Program-made: the position numbers and the translations under genes
In this document: piece by piece, positions 23,339-34,157 of the stretch
Numbering within the stretch: position 1 is the stretch's first letter
How the letters are laid out: the number at the start of each line of letters is the position of its first letter
Notes under the pieces: model-generated
What the model saw: only the letters and a program-made list of their open reading frames with translations
Databases searched by the model: none
Told to the model about the DNA's origin: nothing
Assembly (NCBI RefSeq): GCF_044324785.1
Contig: NZ_CP172127.1
Source: Escherichia coli
GTDB lineage: Bacteria; Pseudomonadota; Gammaproteobacteria; Enterobacterales; Enterobacteriaceae
Strand: one strand, 5' to 3'
Length of the DNA stretch: 64,000 nucleotides

Positions 23339-26015
23339 CGAACCCTTACGTCCCGACCCCGATCGTCTGCTGGAACAAACTGCCGCGCCGCATCGGGGGA
23401 AGCTGAAAGTTTTCTTCGGTGCCTGTGCGGGCGTCGGGAAGACCTGGGCGATGCTGGCAGAGGCCCAGCGACTGCGGGCGCAAGGGCTGGATATTGTGGT
23501 TGGCGTGGTTGAAACCCACGGGCGGAAAGATACCGCCGCAATGCTGGAAGGGCTGGCTGTTCTGCCGCCCAAACGCCAGGCGTACCGTGGGCGGCATATC
23601 AGCGAGTTTGATCTCGATGCCGCCCTCGCCCGCCGTCCGGCGCTGATCTTAATGGACGAACTGGCGCACAGTAATGCGCCAGGTTCTCGTCATCCTAAAC
23701 GCTGGCAGGACATCGAAGAGCTGCTGGAAGCAGGCATTGATGTTTTCACAACCGTCAACGTTCAGCATCTGGAAAGTCTGAATGATGTGGTCAGCGGCGT
23801 CACCGGAATTCAGGTACGGGAAACCGTGCCCGATCCTTTTTTCGATGCCGCCGACGACGTGGTGCTGGTGGACTTGCCCCCGGACGATCTGCGTCAAAGG
23901 CTGAAAGAAGGTAAAGTCTATATTGCCGGGCAGGCGGAACGCGCCATTGAACATTTTTTTCGCAAAGGCAATCTGATCGCCCTGCGCGAACTGGCACTGC
24001 GCCGTACTGCCGATCGCGTAGATGAGCAAATGCGCGCCTGGCGGGGGCATCCTGGCGAAGAGAAAGTCTGGCACACGCGCGACGCGATCCTTTTATGCAT
24101 CGGGCATAACACCGGCAGCGAAAAACTGGTCCGCGCGGCGGCGCGGCTGGCGTCACGGCTGGGTAGCGTCTGGCACGCGGTGTATGTTGAAACCCCTGCC
24201 CTGCACCGCTTACCGGAGAAAAAACGTCGGGCAATTCTCAGCGCCTTACGTCTGGCGCAGGAGCTGGGCGCGGAGACGGCAACACTTTCTGATCCAGCGG
24301 AAGAGAAAGCGGTAGTGCGTTATGCGCGTGAACATAATCTCGGCAAGATTATTCTCGGTCGCCCGGCCTCGCGCCGCTGGTGGCGTCGGGAAACGTTTGC
24401 TGACCGACTGGCGCGCATCGCCCCCGATCTCGATCAGGTGCTGGTCGCGCTTGATGAACCACCCGCCCGCACGATTAACAACGCGCCGGATAGCCGCTCT
24501 TTTAAAGACAAGTGGCGGGTACAGATTCAGGGATGCGTGGTTGCCGCCGCGTTATGCGCCGTTATCACCTTAATTGCCATGCAGTGGCTGATGGCGTTTG
24601 ATGCCGCCAACCTGGTGATGCTGTATCTGCTGGGCGTGGTGGTGGTGGCGCTATTTTATGGACGCTGGCCTTCGGTGGTTGCCACCGTCATTAATGTGGT
24701 GAGTTTCGATCTCTTTTTTATCGCCCCACGCGGCACGCTCGCCGTCTCTGATGTGCAATATCTGCTGACCTTCGCGGTGATGTTAACCGTCGGGCTGGTG
24801 ATCGGGAACCTTACTGCTGGCGTGCGTTATCAGGCGCGGGTAGCCCGTTACCGCGAGCAACGCACACGGCACTTATATGAAATGTCGAAAGCTCTGGCTG
24901 TGGGCCGCAGTCCGCAGGACATCGCCGCCACCAGCGAACAATTTATTGCCTCCACGTTTCATGCCCGCAGTCAGGTGTTGTTGCCCGATGACAACGGTAA
25001 ATTGCAGCCGTTAACACATCCGCAAGGAATGACGCCGTGGGACGATGCCATCGCGCAGTGGAGTTTTGATAAAGGCCTGCCTGCGGGCGCGGGCACCGAC
25101 ACGTTACCCGGTGTACCGTACCAGATTTTGCCGCTAAAAAGCGGCGAGAAAACCTACGGGCTGGTGGTGGTGGAACCGGGGAATCTGCGCCAGTTGATGA
25201 TCCCGGAACAGCAACGCCTGCTGGAGACGTTTACGCTGTTAGTCGCCAATGCGCTTGAGCGGCTGACACTGACCGCCAGCGAAGAACAGGCGCGGATGGC
25301 AAGCGAACGAGAACAGATCCGCAACGCCCTGCTGGCGGCGCTTTCGCATGATTTACGCACGCCGCTTACGGTGCTGTTCGGACAGGCAGAAATCTTAACG
25401 CTCGATCTGGCAAGCGAAGGATCGCCGCACGCCCGCCAGGCCAGCGAGATTCGTCAGCATGTGCTGAACACGACCCGACTGGTGAATAATCTACTGGATA
25501 TGGCGCGAATTCAGTCCGGCGGCTTTAATTTGAAGAAAGAGTGGTTAACGCTGGAAGAAGTGGTCGGCAGCGCGCTGCAAATGCTGGAACCGGGTTTATC
25601 GTCGCCCATCAATCTTTCTCTGCCAGAACCGCTGACCTTAATCCACGTTGACGGGCCACTCTTTGAACGGGTGCTGATTAATCTGCTGGAGAACGCGGTG
25701 AAATACGCGGGTGCACAGGCCGAAATTGGTATCGATGCCCACGTTGAGGGCGAAAATCTACAACTGGATGTCTGGGATAACGGCCCCGGTCTTCCGCCAG
25801 GCCAGGAGCAGACGATATTTGATAAGTTTGCTCGCGGGAATAAAGAGTCGGCGGTGCCGGGTGTCGGGCTTGGGCTGGCAATTTGTCGGGCGATTGTGGA
25901 TGTACACGGTGGCACCATTACCGCGTTCAACCGACCGGAAGGTGGTGCCTGTTTTCGTGTTACACTTCCCCAGCAAACTGCCCCTGAACTTGAAGAATTT
26001 CATGAGGATATGTGA
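23331..26015 (+). CDS. kdpD: Sensor histidine kinase KdpD
   Basis: Start [10 protein letters not shown] at 23331 overlapping kdpC stop; 894 aa; membrane-spanning region plus HisKA (H-box LSHDLRTPL) and HATPase domains. Confidence 0.9.
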   Translation: MNNEPLRPDPDRLLEQTAAPHRGKLKVFFGACAGVGKTWAMLAEAQRLRAQGLDIVVGVVETHGRKDTAAMLEGLAVLPPKRQAYRGRHISEFDLDAALARRPALILMDELAHSNAPGSRHPKRWQDIEELLEAGIDVFTTVNVQHLESLNDVVSGVTGIQVRETVPDPFFDAADDVVLVDLPPDDLRQRLKEGKVYIAGQAERAIEHFFRKGNLIALRELALRRTADRVDEQMRAWRGHPGEEKVWHTRDAILLCIGHNTGSEKLVRAAARLASRLGSVWHAVYVETPALHRLPEKKRRAILSALRLAQELGAETATLSDPAEEKAVVRYAREHNLGKIILGRPASRRWWRRETFADRLARIAPDLDQVLVALDEPPARTINNAPDSRSFKDKWRVQIQGCVVAAALCAVITLIAMQWLMAFDAANLVMLYLLGVVVVALFYGRWPSVVATVINVVSFDLFFIAPRGTLAVSDVQYLLTFAVMLTVGLVIGNLTAGVRYQARVARYREQRTRHLYEMSKALAVGRSPQDIAATSEQFIASTFHARSQVLLPDDNGKLQPLTHPQGMTPWDDAIAQWSFDKGLPAGAGTDTLPGVPYQILPLKSGEKTYGLVVVEPGNLRQLMIPEQQRLLETFTLLVANALERLTLTASEEQARMASEREQIRNALLAALSHDLRTPLTVLFGQAEILTLDLASEGSPHARQASEIRQHVLNTTRLVNNLLDMARIQSGGFNLKKEWLTLEEVVGSALQMLEPGLSSPINLSLPEPLTLIHVDGPLFERVLINLLENAVKYAGAQAEIGIDAHVEGENLQLDVWDNGPGLPPGQEQTIFDKFARGNKESAVPGVGLGLAICRAIVDVHGGTITAFNRPEGGACFRVTLPQQTAPELEEFHEDM

Positions 26016-26689
26016 CAAACGTTCTGATTGTTGAAGATGAACAGGCTATTCGTCGCTTTCTGCGCACGGCGCTGGAGGGCGACGGTATGCGCGTCTTTGA
26101 GGCCGAAACGCTGCAACGCGGCTTGCTGGAAGCGGCAACCCGTAAGCCAGATTTGATTATTCTCGATCTCGGCCTGCCCGATGGTGATGGGATTGAGTTT
26201 ATCCGCGACCTGCGCCAGTGGAGCGCGGTGCCGGTGATTGTGCTTTCCGCACGTAGCGAAGAGAGCGACAAAATCGCCGCGCTGGATGCCGGAGCGGATG
26301 ATTACCTGAGTAAGCCATTTGGTATTGGCGAATTGCAGGCCCGCCTGCGCGTCGCTTTACGCCGCCACTCTGCCACCACCGCGCCCGATCCGATGGTGAA
26401 ATTTTCCGATGTTACCGTCGATTTAGCAGCTCGTGTGATCCATCGGGGCGAGGAAGAGGTGCATCTCACCCCGATTGAGTTCCGCCTGCTGGCAGTGTTG
26501 CTTAATAATGCGGGAAAAGTGCTCACCCAGCGCCAGCTCCTTAACCAGGTGTGGGGGCCAAACGCGGTCGAACACAGTCATTATTTGCGTATTTATATGG
26601 GGCATCTGCGACAAAAACTGGAGCAAGATCCCGCCCGCCCCCGCCATTTTATTACTGAAACCGGTATTGGGTATCGGTTTATGCTTTAG
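26012..26689 (+). CDS. kdpE: Response regulator KdpE (OmpR family)
   Basis: 225-aa [20 protein letters not shown]; ATGA overlap with kdpD. Confidence 0.95.
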   Translation: MTNVLIVEDEQAIRRFLRTALEGDGMRVFEAETLQRGLLEAATRKPDLIILDLGLPDGDGIEFIRDLRQWSAVPVIVLSARSEESDKIAALDAGADDYLSKPFGIGELQARLRVALRRHSATTAPDPMVKFSDVTVDLAARVIHRGEEEVHLTPIEFRLLAVLLNNAGKVLTQRQLLNQVWGPNAVEHSHYLRIYMGHLRQKLEQDPARPRHFITETGIGYRFML

Positions 26690-26697
26690 GGTCTGAA

Positions 26698-26734
<37 letters not shown>

Positions 26735-26769
26735 AAATAGCGCAAATTCAATATATTGCACCATCCTCG

Positions 26770-26799
26770 CAGGCCTGATAAGCGTAGCGCATCAGGCAG
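26770..26799. repeat. REP element
   Basis: GCAGGCCTGATAAGCGTAGCGCATCAGGCAG palindromic unit. Confidence 0.7.
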
Positions 26800-26807
26800 T
26801 CATAAGT

Positions 26808-26840
26808 AAAAAAGGGCGATCTTCCGACCGCCCTTTTTCT
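26808..26840. terminator. Bidirectional intrinsic terminator between kdpE and pgm
   Basis: AAAAAGGGCGatcttccgaCCGCCCTTTTT hairpin flanked by A-run and T-run. Confidence 0.7.
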
Positions 26841-26852
26841 TATTAAATGTGT

Positions 26853-28493
26853 TTACGCGTTTTTCAGAACTTCGCTAACAATCTCAACCGCTTCTTTCTC
26901 AATCTGCTTGCGATGTTCTTCCCCGAGGAAGCTTTCGCAATAAATCTTGTACGCGTCTTCCGTGCCTGACGGACGCGCGGCGAACCAGCCGTTGTCAGTC
27001 ATCACTTTCAGACCGCCAATAGAAGCACCGTTGCCCGGAGCAGCAGTCAGGCGTGCGGTGATCGGGTCACCTGCCAGGGTGCTGGCGCTCACCATTTCCG
27101 GAGACAGCTTAGACAGCGCCGCTTTTTGTGCGGAAGTCGCAGCTGCCTGCAAACGGTTGTAGCTCGGCGCACCAAAGCGTTTTGCCAGTTCGTTGTAGTG
27201 TTCCTGCGGGTTCTTACCGGTGACAGCGGTGATTTCCGCCGCCAGCAGACACATAATGATGCCGTCTTTATCGGTGGACCACGGCGTGCCGTCGAAACGC
27301 AGGAAGGAAGCCCCTGCGCTCTCTTCACCGCCAAAGCCGAAGCTGCCGTCGAACAGACCATCAACAAACCATTTGAAACCTACCGGTACTTCTACCAGCT
27401 TACGGCCCAAATCATTGACCACACGGTCGATCATCGCAGATGAAACCAGCGTTTTACCGACAGCAACATCTTTGCCCCACTGCGGACGATGCTGGAACAG
27501 GTAGTTGATCGCCACCGCCAGGTAGTGGTTCGGATTCATCAAACCTGCCGGAGTGACGATACCGTGACGGTCATAATCCGGGTCGTTAGCAAACGCCAGA
27601 TCGAACTTATCACGCAGTGCCAGCAAGCCCGCCATCGCACACTCGGAGGAGCAGTCCATACGGATCGCGCCGTCTTTATCGAGGTGCATAAAGCGGAAGG
27701 TTTGATCGACCTGATCGTTAACGATGGTCAGGTTGAGATTGTAATACTCGCCAATGCGCTTCCAGTATTCGATACCGGAACCACCCAGCGGATCAACGCC
27801 CAGCGTCAGGCCCGCTTTCTGAATCGCCGCCATATCAACGATATCGGCCAGACCTTCCACAAACGGCTGCACCAGATCCTGCTCTTTCACATGACCGGAT
27901 GCCATCGCTTCGTCGAGGGCGATACGCTTCACGCCTTTCAGGCCATCAGCCATCAGTGCGTTGGCCCTGTCTTCCACCACTTTAGTGACGTTGGTATCAG
28001 CCGGGCCACCATTTGGCGGATTGTACTTGATACCACCATCTTCCGGCGGGTTATGAGACGGTGTAATCACGATACCGTCTGCCAGCGGGCCACCTTTTTT
28101 ATTGTGAACCAGGATGGCATTGGAAACGGCAGGCGTCGGGGTGAAGCCATTGTTTTCCTGCACAATGACATCAACGCCATTCGCTGCCAGCACTTCCAGT
28201 ACGGAAATGAACGCAGGCTCGGACAGAGCGTGAGTATCTTTACCCACATAGCAAGGGCCAGTGATGCCGTTTTTCGCACGTTCTTCAGCAATTGCCTGAG
28301 CGATCGCCAGAATGTGCGGCTCGTTAAAGCTGTGGCGCGCTGCACTACCACGGTGACCGGAAGTACCGAATTTCACCGCGTGCTCCGCATTCCCTGCTTC
28401 TGGTTTCAGTACATAATATTGCGCCGTCAGTTGGGCGACGTTAATCAAATCACTCTGTTGTGCAGGTTGGCCTGCACGATTGTGGATTGCCAT
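26853..28493 (-). CDS. pgm: Phosphoglucomutase
   Basis: ORF 26853..28544; start [15 protein letters not shown] at 28493 gives 546 aa; TSGHRG active-site region. Confidence 0.9.
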   Translation of the reverse strand: MAIHNRAGQPAQQSDLINVAQLTAQYYVLKPEAGNAEHAVKFGTSGHRGSAARHSFNEPHILAIAQAIAEERAKNGITGPCYVGKDTHALSEPAFISVLEVLAANGVDVIVQENNGFTPTPAVSNAILVHNKKGGPLADGIVITPSHNPPEDGGIKYNPPNGGPADTNVTKVVEDRANALMADGLKGVKRIALDEAMASGHVKEQDLVQPFVEGLADIVDMAAIQKAGLTLGVDPLGGSGIEYWKRIGEYYNLNLTIVNDQVDQTFRFMHLDKDGAIRMDCSSECAMAGLLALRDKFDLAFANDPDYDRHGIVTPAGLMNPNHYLAVAINYLFQHRPQWGKDVAVGKTLVSSAMIDRVVNDLGRKLVEVPVGFKWFVDGLFDGSFGFGGEESAGASFLRFDGTPWSTDKDGIIMCLLAAEITAVTGKNPQEHYNELAKRFGAPSYNRLQAAATSAQKAALSKLSPEMVSASTLAGDPITARLTAAPGNGASIGGLKVMTDNGWFAARPSGTEDAYKIYCESFLGEEHRKQIEKEAVEIVSEVLKNA

Positions 28494-28518
28494 TGCTTTG
28501 TCCTTTGTCTGCAACGTT

Positions 28519-29064
28519 TTAGATAGTTCCGCAAACCTTCTCAATCAATTCCGCCGGGAATTGCATCGACTGCATGATGTGTTCGATCATGCTGCATTTA
28601 CGGCCGGTGTTGGTGTTGGTGATCACCCAATATGGCGTGCCTGGCACATGTTTCGGCTTGGTCTGATTACCATTTTTCAGCAGCGTTTGTTCATCTGCCG
28701 CAAAGTAAACGCGTGTACGACCGTGCAACGATTCCGTGGCCTCGGCAAACGCCTGGGCGTCAAGAGAATATAGTGTAGACAACAGCAGCATGAAGCGATT
28801 GACCGCTCGCTTTTGCTCTGCGTATTCATCCGAAAGCAAAAGTTCACGCATTGCGCGAACCTTGTCTTTAATCGTTTTGACCGGCTTCGCTTCGACGATA
28901 GCAGGTGACGCAACGCGAACCTCTTTCGTCACCGGAGCAGCAGGCTGTGATGCGGCGGAAAATTTCAACATACGCCGTAAAATGTCGGATGCGCTCTCGC
29001 CGATATGCTTAGTGTGGCTGGCAATATAGCTGTAGAGTTCATCATCAACTTCAATCGTTTTCAT
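28519..29064 (-). CDS. seqA: Replication initiation negative regulator SeqA
   Basis: Start [17 protein letters not shown] at 29064 within ORF 28519..29199; 181 aa; immediately upstream of pgm. Confidence 0.9.
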
Positions 29065-29248
29065 CTTAATCCAGTGCAGTGTCTTAGCTGAATACAAGTC
29101 GCCAGGAGTATATGAATAAATCCCGGCAGCGGATAGCGTCAAGCCTGGCTTGCAGAAAAACTCGGAATAAACCTTATTTGTTGCAGCCCTGTGGCACAAT
29201 GGTCAACATAATACCCTAACCCGACAACGCGAAAAAAAGAACTTTGCC

Positions 29249-30013
29249 ATGAAATTGAATATCCGCGCGCAAACTGCACAAAACCAGCACAATAATTCTC
29301 CCATCGTTCTTGTCCATGGTCTGTTTGGTAGCCTCGACAACCTTGGCGTACTGGCTCGCGATCTGGTAAACGATCACAATATCATCCAGGTTGATATGCG
29401 TAACCACGGTCTTTCACCGAGAGATCCGGTAATGAATTACCCGGCGATGGCGCAGGATCTTGTTGATACCCTGGATGCACTGCAGATCGATAAAGCAACA
29501 TTTATCGGTCACTCCATGGGCGGTAAAGCGGTAATGGCACTTACTGCACTGGCCCCCGATCGCATCGATAAACTGGTGGCGATCGATATCGCACCGGTCG
29601 ACTATCACGTACGCCGGCATGATGAGATTTTCGCGGCCATCAACGCAGTCAGTGAATCGGACGCACAAACTCGCCAGCAAGCAGCAGCAATAATGCGCCA
29701 GCATCTTAATGAAGAAGGGGTGATTCAGTTTCTGCTGAAATCTTTTGTTGACGGGGAGTGGCGCTTTAACGTGCCGGTATTGTGGGATCAGTATCCGCAT
29801 ATTGTGGGGTGGGAGAAAATCCCGGCATGGGATCACCCTGCCCTGTTTATCCCTGGCGGCAATTCTCCATATGTTAGCGAGCAGTACCGTGATGATTTAC
29901 TGGCACAATTTCCACAGGCACGGGCGCATGTGATTGCAGGCGCAGGTCACTGGGTCCATGCTGAAAAACCGGATGCGGTATTACGCGCTATCCGTCGCTA
30001 TCTCAATGATTAA
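29249..30013 (+). CDS. ybfF: Alpha/beta-hydrolase esterase YbfF
   Basis: 254-aa ORF with GHSMGG nucleophile elbow; divergent from seqA. Confidence 0.9.
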   Translation: MKLNIRAQTAQNQHNNSPIVLVHGLFGSLDNLGVLARDLVNDHNIIQVDMRNHGLSPRDPVMNYPAMAQDLVDTLDALQIDKATFIGHSMGGKAVMALTALAPDRIDKLVAIDIAPVDYHVRRHDEIFAAINAVSESDAQTRQQAAAIMRQHLNEEGVIQFLLKSFVDGEWRFNVPVLWDQYPHIVGWEKIPAWDHPALFIPGGNSPYVSEQYRDDLLAQFPQARAHVIAGAGHWVHAEKPDAVLRAIRRYLND

Positions 30014-30018
30014 CGCAA

Positions 30019-30034
30019 CTGATTAAAAACCCAG
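30019..30034 (+). promoter_or_regulatory. Candidate LexA box upstream of ybfE
   Basis: CTGATTAAAAACCCAG fits CTG-N10-CAG spacing of SOS boxes; ybfE is reported as LexA-regulated; weak match. Confidence 0.3.
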
Positions 30035-30152
30035 CGTCCGCGTCGCTTTCCGCGCGTGGGCGTTGGCGTGACTCATCGCGCTGATGTATTATGGCGCGCT
30101 ATCCATCCGGGCAGAGGCCTGGCTGATTGTTTCCCCCGAAGTCACCAAGATC

Positions 30153-30446
30153 ATGGCCAAAGAACAAACGGACCGTACGACATTAGATCTGTTCGCGCAC
30201 GAGCGTCGACCGGGACGACCGAAAACTAATCCGCTTTCGCGCGATGAACAGCTGCGTATTAATAAACGCAACCAGCTAAAACGCGACAAAGTACGTGGCC
30301 TTAAGCGTGTCGAACTGAAGCTGAACGCGGAAGCTGTCGAGGCGCTAAACGAGCTGGCGGAATCGCGCAATATGAGCCGTAGCGAACTGATCGAAGAGAT
30401 GTTAATGCAGCAACTGGCGGCGCTGCGTAGTCAGGGCATCGTTTAA
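30153..30446 (+). CDS. ybfE: Small basic protein YbfE (CopG/RHH-like C-terminus)
   Basis: Start [10 protein letters not shown] within ORF 30084..30446; 97 aa. Confidence 0.75.
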   Translation: MAKEQTDRTTLDLFAHERRPGRPKTNPLSRDEQLRINKRNQLKRDKVRGLKRVELKLNAEAVEALNELAESRNMSRSELIEEMLMQQLAALRSQGIV

Positions 30447-30585
30447 ATTTCCACTTTCATGTAGCACAGTGTGCAGTCCTGCTCGTTTGCTGATTCCGCA
30501 AGACTGCCTGTTCTGCTATGATTGCCTTTATCCGTGGGCAATTTTCCACCCCCATTTCAATAAGTTTCAAGAGGTTATTTCACTC

Positions 30586-31116
30586 ATGGCTATCACTGGC
30601 ATCTTTTTCGGCAGCGACACCGGTAATACCGAAAATATCGCAAAAATGATTCAAAAACAGCTTGGTAAAGACGTTGCCGATGTCCATGACATTGCAAAAA
30701 GCAGCAAAGAAGATCTGGAAGCATATGACATTCTGCTGCTGGGCATCCCAACCTGGTATTACGGCGAAGCGCAGTGTGACTGGGATGACTTCTTCCCGAC
30801 TCTCGAAGAGATTGATTTCAATGGCAAACTGGTTGCGCTGTTTGGTTGTGGTGACCAGGAAGATTACGCTGAATACTTCTGTGACGCATTGGGCACCATC
30901 CGCGACATCATTGAACCGCGCGGTGCAACCATTGTTGGTCACTGGCCAACTGCGGGCTATCATTTCGAAGCATCAAAAGGTCTGGCAGATGACGACCACT
31001 TTGTCGGTCTGGCTATCGACGAAGACCGTCAGCCGGAACTGACCGCTGAACGTGTAGAAAAATGGGTTAAACAGATTTCTGAAGAGTTGCATCTCGACGA
31101 AATTCTCAATGCCTGA
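30586..31116 (+). CDS. fldA: Flavodoxin 1
   Basis: Start [16 protein letters not shown] at 30586 within ORF 30469..31116; 176 aa. Confidence 0.95.
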
Positions 31117-31321
31117 TGTGATGCGGCGTAGACTCATGTCTACGCCGTATTAATAGATAATGCCAATCAAAATAATTGCTACAAATTTGTAACTTTTGCT
31201 GTTGTACCTGTACAATGTCCCGGTGTTCAAGTGGCCTTGCCGTTGTAAATGTAAGCAGTGCCACGTTTTTATTAACAATATTTGCCAGGGACTTGTGGTT
31301 TTCATTTAGGCGTGGCAATTC

Positions 31322-31340
31322 TATAATGATACGCATTATC
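31322..31340 (+). promoter_or_regulatory. Fur box at the uof-fur promoter
   Basis: TATAATGATACGCATTATC matches Fur consensus GATAATGATAATCATTATC at 16/19 positions. Confidence 0.6.
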
Positions 31341-31412
31341 TCAAGAGCAAATTCTGTCACTTCTCCTAATGAAGTGAACCGCTTAGTAACAGGACAGATT
31401 CCGCATGACTGA
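31326..31412 (+). CDS. uof: Upstream ORF of fur (leader peptide Uof)
   Basis: 28-codon ORF MIRIISRANSVTSPNEVNRLVTGQIPHD ending in TGA that overlaps the fur ATG. Confidence 0.6.
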   Translation: MIRIISRANSVTSPNEVNRLVTGQIPHD

Positions 31413-31851
31413 TAACAATACCGCCCTAAAGAAAGCTGGCCTGAAAGTAACGCTTCCTCGTTTAAAAATCCTGGAAGTTCTTCAGGAGCCGGACAACCAT
31501 CACGTCAGTGCGGAAGATTTATACAAACGTCTGATCGATATGGGTGAAGAAATTGGTCTGGCTACGGTATATCGCGTACTGAACCAGTTTGACGACGCTG
31601 GTATCGTCACCCGCCACAATTTTGAAGGCGGTAAATCCGTATTTGAACTGACACAGCAACATCACCACGATCACCTGATCTGCCTCGACTGCGGCAAGGT
31701 TATCGAATTTAGTGATGATTCCATCGAAGCGCGTCAGCGTGAAATTGCCGCAAAACATGGCATTCGCCTGACTAACCACAGTCTCTATCTTTACGGTCAC
31801 TGTGCCGAAGGCGATTGCCGCGAAGATGAGCACGCGCACGAAGGCAAATAA
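31405..31851 (+). CDS. fur: Ferric uptake regulator
   Basis: 148-aa ORF MTDNNTALKKAGLKVTLPRLKILEVLQ. Confidence 0.95.
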   Translation: MTDNNTALKKAGLKVTLPRLKILEVLQEPDNHHVSAEDLYKRLIDMGEEIGLATVYRVLNQFDDAGIVTRHNFEGGKSVFELTQQHHHDHLICLDCGKVIEFSDDSIEARQREIAAKHGIRLTNHSLYLYGHCAEGDCREDEHAHEGK

Positions 31852-31867
31852 GCCAGCCGGAACGAGA

Positions 31868-31897
31868 AAAGCCAACCTGCGGGTTGGCTTTTTTATA
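31868..31897 (+). terminator. Intrinsic terminator after fur
   Basis: AAAAGCCAACCtgcgGGTTGGCTTTTTTAT. Confidence 0.75.
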
Positions 31898-31934
31898 CAC
31901 GGGAAATAAGAAAAGCGAGAGTTACAGCTCTCAC

Positions 31935-32261
31935 TTATTTGTTATTACTGCGAATTTCCTGCCAGACCTTATCACAATCGGCTTTCACCGCCTGATCATT
32001 ACCGGTTTGCGTTGCGCGCAGACACTGCTGATAATCCAGTACGCGTACACTTTCCTGATCGGCAAACTGCTGATGTTGTTTCTCTTTCTTCAGCACGTTT
32101 AACACGCTCTGGCAGGCTTCAATTTTTTCTGGCGAACCTTGTGCGGTGTTGATACAGGCGCTGTATGCCTCTTTCAGACGACTGTCTTCCTGTGGCGCGG
32201 TTGATTGCGCACAAGCTACCAGCCCCGATGCCATTATGGCGATGAGAATCAGTTTTTTCAT
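31935..32261 (-). CDS. chiQ: Lipoprotein ChiQ
   Basis: 108-aa ORF with lipobox LVAC in MKKLILIAIMASGLVACAQ; downstream of chiP. Confidence 0.8.
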   Translation of the reverse strand: MKKLILIAIMASGLVACAQSTAPQEDSRLKEAYSACINTAQGSPEKIEACQSVLNVLKKEKQHQQFADQESVRVLDYQQCLRATQTGNDQAVKADCDKVWQEIRSNNK

Positions 32262-32310
32262 AGCAAATTCCTCAAACGTGCGGCAGGCACAAAACCTGCC
32301 GCGTCGGGCA

Positions 32311-33717
32311 TCAGAAGATGGTGAATGGTGCGATTACCATAAATTTCACGTCACGCTCATCCTGGAAGATGTTGCCGTAACCGCCGCCCCAGCTTGGGAT
32401 GTCGGAGTGGTTGTCGTATTCGGTGAAGTGCAGTTTGAACATCGTGCCTTTGGCGCGACCGTCCTGAATGGTGTACACCGCATCCAGGCTGTAGGCAGAC
32501 TCTTCAATAGTCCGGTTTTTGTCGTAGTACGCATCCGGATTGCTCTGCCAGGTAGCGGGTTTAGCATCCCATGCGTAAACGTAGGAAGCGCCGATGGCGA
32601 AGCCTGGAAGATTCCAGTTTTTCAGGTCATACATCGCACCGAAGAAGACCGCTTTTTCGCCGTTGGCGTTGAAGTCAGAACGGTTATCCCACCAGATATC
32701 CAGGCGGCCGTTCGAGGAAGCGTAGGTTGGGGTCATACGTTGCAGGAAGTATCCCTGCTGACCGTCGGCTTTAACCCAGGTGCCTTCCAGACGCAAATCC
32801 ACTACGTCAGCCGCCCGGTAACCAAAGGTCAACGCTTGCAGCCAGGCGGTGCCGTCGTAAAGATCGTTGACACTGCGATCGTCAACTTTATCGCGCGTAC
32901 CGTAGAACTGATAGCTGGTGGTTAGCGGGCTACCGGCGATATCAAATTTGTAGCTGGCTTTGGCAAAATATTGATCGATATACCCTTCAGCCTGACCAAA
33001 TGCCGCTTCCAGTACGAAGTTATTTTTGAAGTCGTACTTCGCCCCGAGGGAGTGTAAATAGTCAACCTTGGTGGTTTTATCGTTCTGATAAAACTCATCC
33101 ATTTCCAGATGCCACGGTGCTTTGTATTCGTTGGTCCACATGTAGGAGAAACTCAACGCACCCGCATCGCCGTAATCAAAATTCGCCCCGGCTTCCGCAC
33201 CCTGATAAGTACCCGGCATAAAGCTCCAGTGCGGCGCTAACAGCGTCTGACCGGTTGGCTGAATATAACCTGCCCTCGCCCACACCGGACCGTATTTAAA
33301 TTTGGCCGCTGCTTTATACAGGCTTATACCGCTTTTATCGCCGGACCAGTCTTCGTCATAGGCTTTATTGCTTTTTGAAAACGCGATTTCGTTCGGGTGA
33401 GAGCTGTCACCGTTTTCCGCCATTTCAATCGCCGTAAACGCAGCAATATCAAGGCCGAACATATCAGCAGCATAACCGGACTGAAAATCGAGGTTGGCAT
33501 TCCAGGTGGAGTGAGAAAGGTTGGTTTTGTATTTGTCGCCGTCGGTAACATCTTTACGGTCGCGTTCACGCTGCCAGTAATAGATACCGCCGGTTAAGGT
33601 TGAATCGTCGATGAATCCTTCGGCGCGAGCCTCCGGCATTGCCATAAAGCCCGACATTGCTGTAACACCGGCGATAGCCAGCGCCAGCGTACTACGTTTG
33701 CCACTAAACGTACGCAT
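32311..33717 (-). CDS. chiP: Chitooligosaccharide outer-membrane porin (chitoporin)
   Basis: 468-aa ORF with signal peptide and C-terminal F (outer-membrane beta-barrel signature); recognised as ChiP/YbfM. Confidence 0.9.
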   Translation of the reverse strand: MRTFSGKRSTLALAIAGVTAMSGFMAMPEARAEGFIDDSTLTGGIYYWQRERDRKDVTDGDKYKTNLSHSTWNANLDFQSGYAADMFGLDIAAFTAIEMAENGDSSHPNEIAFSKSNKAYDEDWSGDKSGISLYKAAAKFKYGPVWARAGYIQPTGQTLLAPHWSFMPGTYQGAEAGANFDYGDAGALSFSYMWTNEYKAPWHLEMDEFYQNDKTTKVDYLHSLGAKYDFKNNFVLEAAFGQAEGYIDQYFAKASYKFDIAGSPLTTSYQFYGTRDKVDDRSVNDLYDGTAWLQALTFGYRAADVVDLRLEGTWVKADGQQGYFLQRMTPTYASSNGRLDIWWDNRSDFNANGEKAVFFGAMYDLKNWNLPGFAIGASYVYAWDAKPATWQSNPDAYYDKNRTIEESAYSLDAVYTIQDGRAKGTMFKLHFTEYDNHSDIPSWGGGYGNIFQDERDVKFMVIAPFTIF

Positions 33718-34060
33718 GGGTTAATCCTCTTTGACGTATAAATTGCTGCACCAAAGGTGAACAGCGAAAAAAATAAAAATTAAAAAAGTAGCGTTGAGAA
33801 AAGTCTCGCTGACTACAGGAACAGACTATTTTTCGCGACGCGAATTATCAATCTCTTTCTGTAACCAGAATGTAAGAACATGAGCAACCGCACATATTTT
33901 GATGATTTTTGTTACAAGGCTTAAGTTGTAGTTGAAAGGTGTGTTGAAGAAAAAATGCGTGAATTTCCAGCAAGATGAAAGCGGTTACATTTTATTTAAT
34001 TATGATTTGTAATTTTAAATTTGCTTTATGAATAAATTACGAAGCAGAATTAATTCGCGA
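33718..34060 (-). promoter_or_regulatory. chiP promoter and long AT-rich 5' leader
   Basis: About 440 bp AT-rich non-coding region between glnS terminator and chiP start; location of the ChiX-targeted chiP leader from literature; boundaries not determined. Confidence 0.35.
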
Positions 34061-34070
34061 AGAAAAGCAG

Positions 34071-34100
34071 AAAAAAACGCCGCGGAGCGCGGCGTTTGGG
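34071..34100 (-). terminator. Intrinsic terminator after glnS
   Basis: On minus strand CCAAACGCCGCGctccGCGGCGTTTTTTT. Confidence 0.6.
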
Positions 34101-34118
34101 ATTGTTTGCATATTTCTT

Positions 34119-34152
34119 GCCGGATTCGGCGTAAACGCTCTATCCGACAACG
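34119..34152. repeat. REP-like element
   Basis: GCCGGATTCGGCGTAAACGCTCTATCCGACA resembles REP consensus. Confidence 0.5.
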
Positions 34153-34157
34153 TAAAA

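Noticed and set aside
27489-28526. 345-aa plus-strand ORF overlapping pgm
   Set aside because: Antisense to pgm, whose translation is a clear phosphoglucomutase; shadow ORF.
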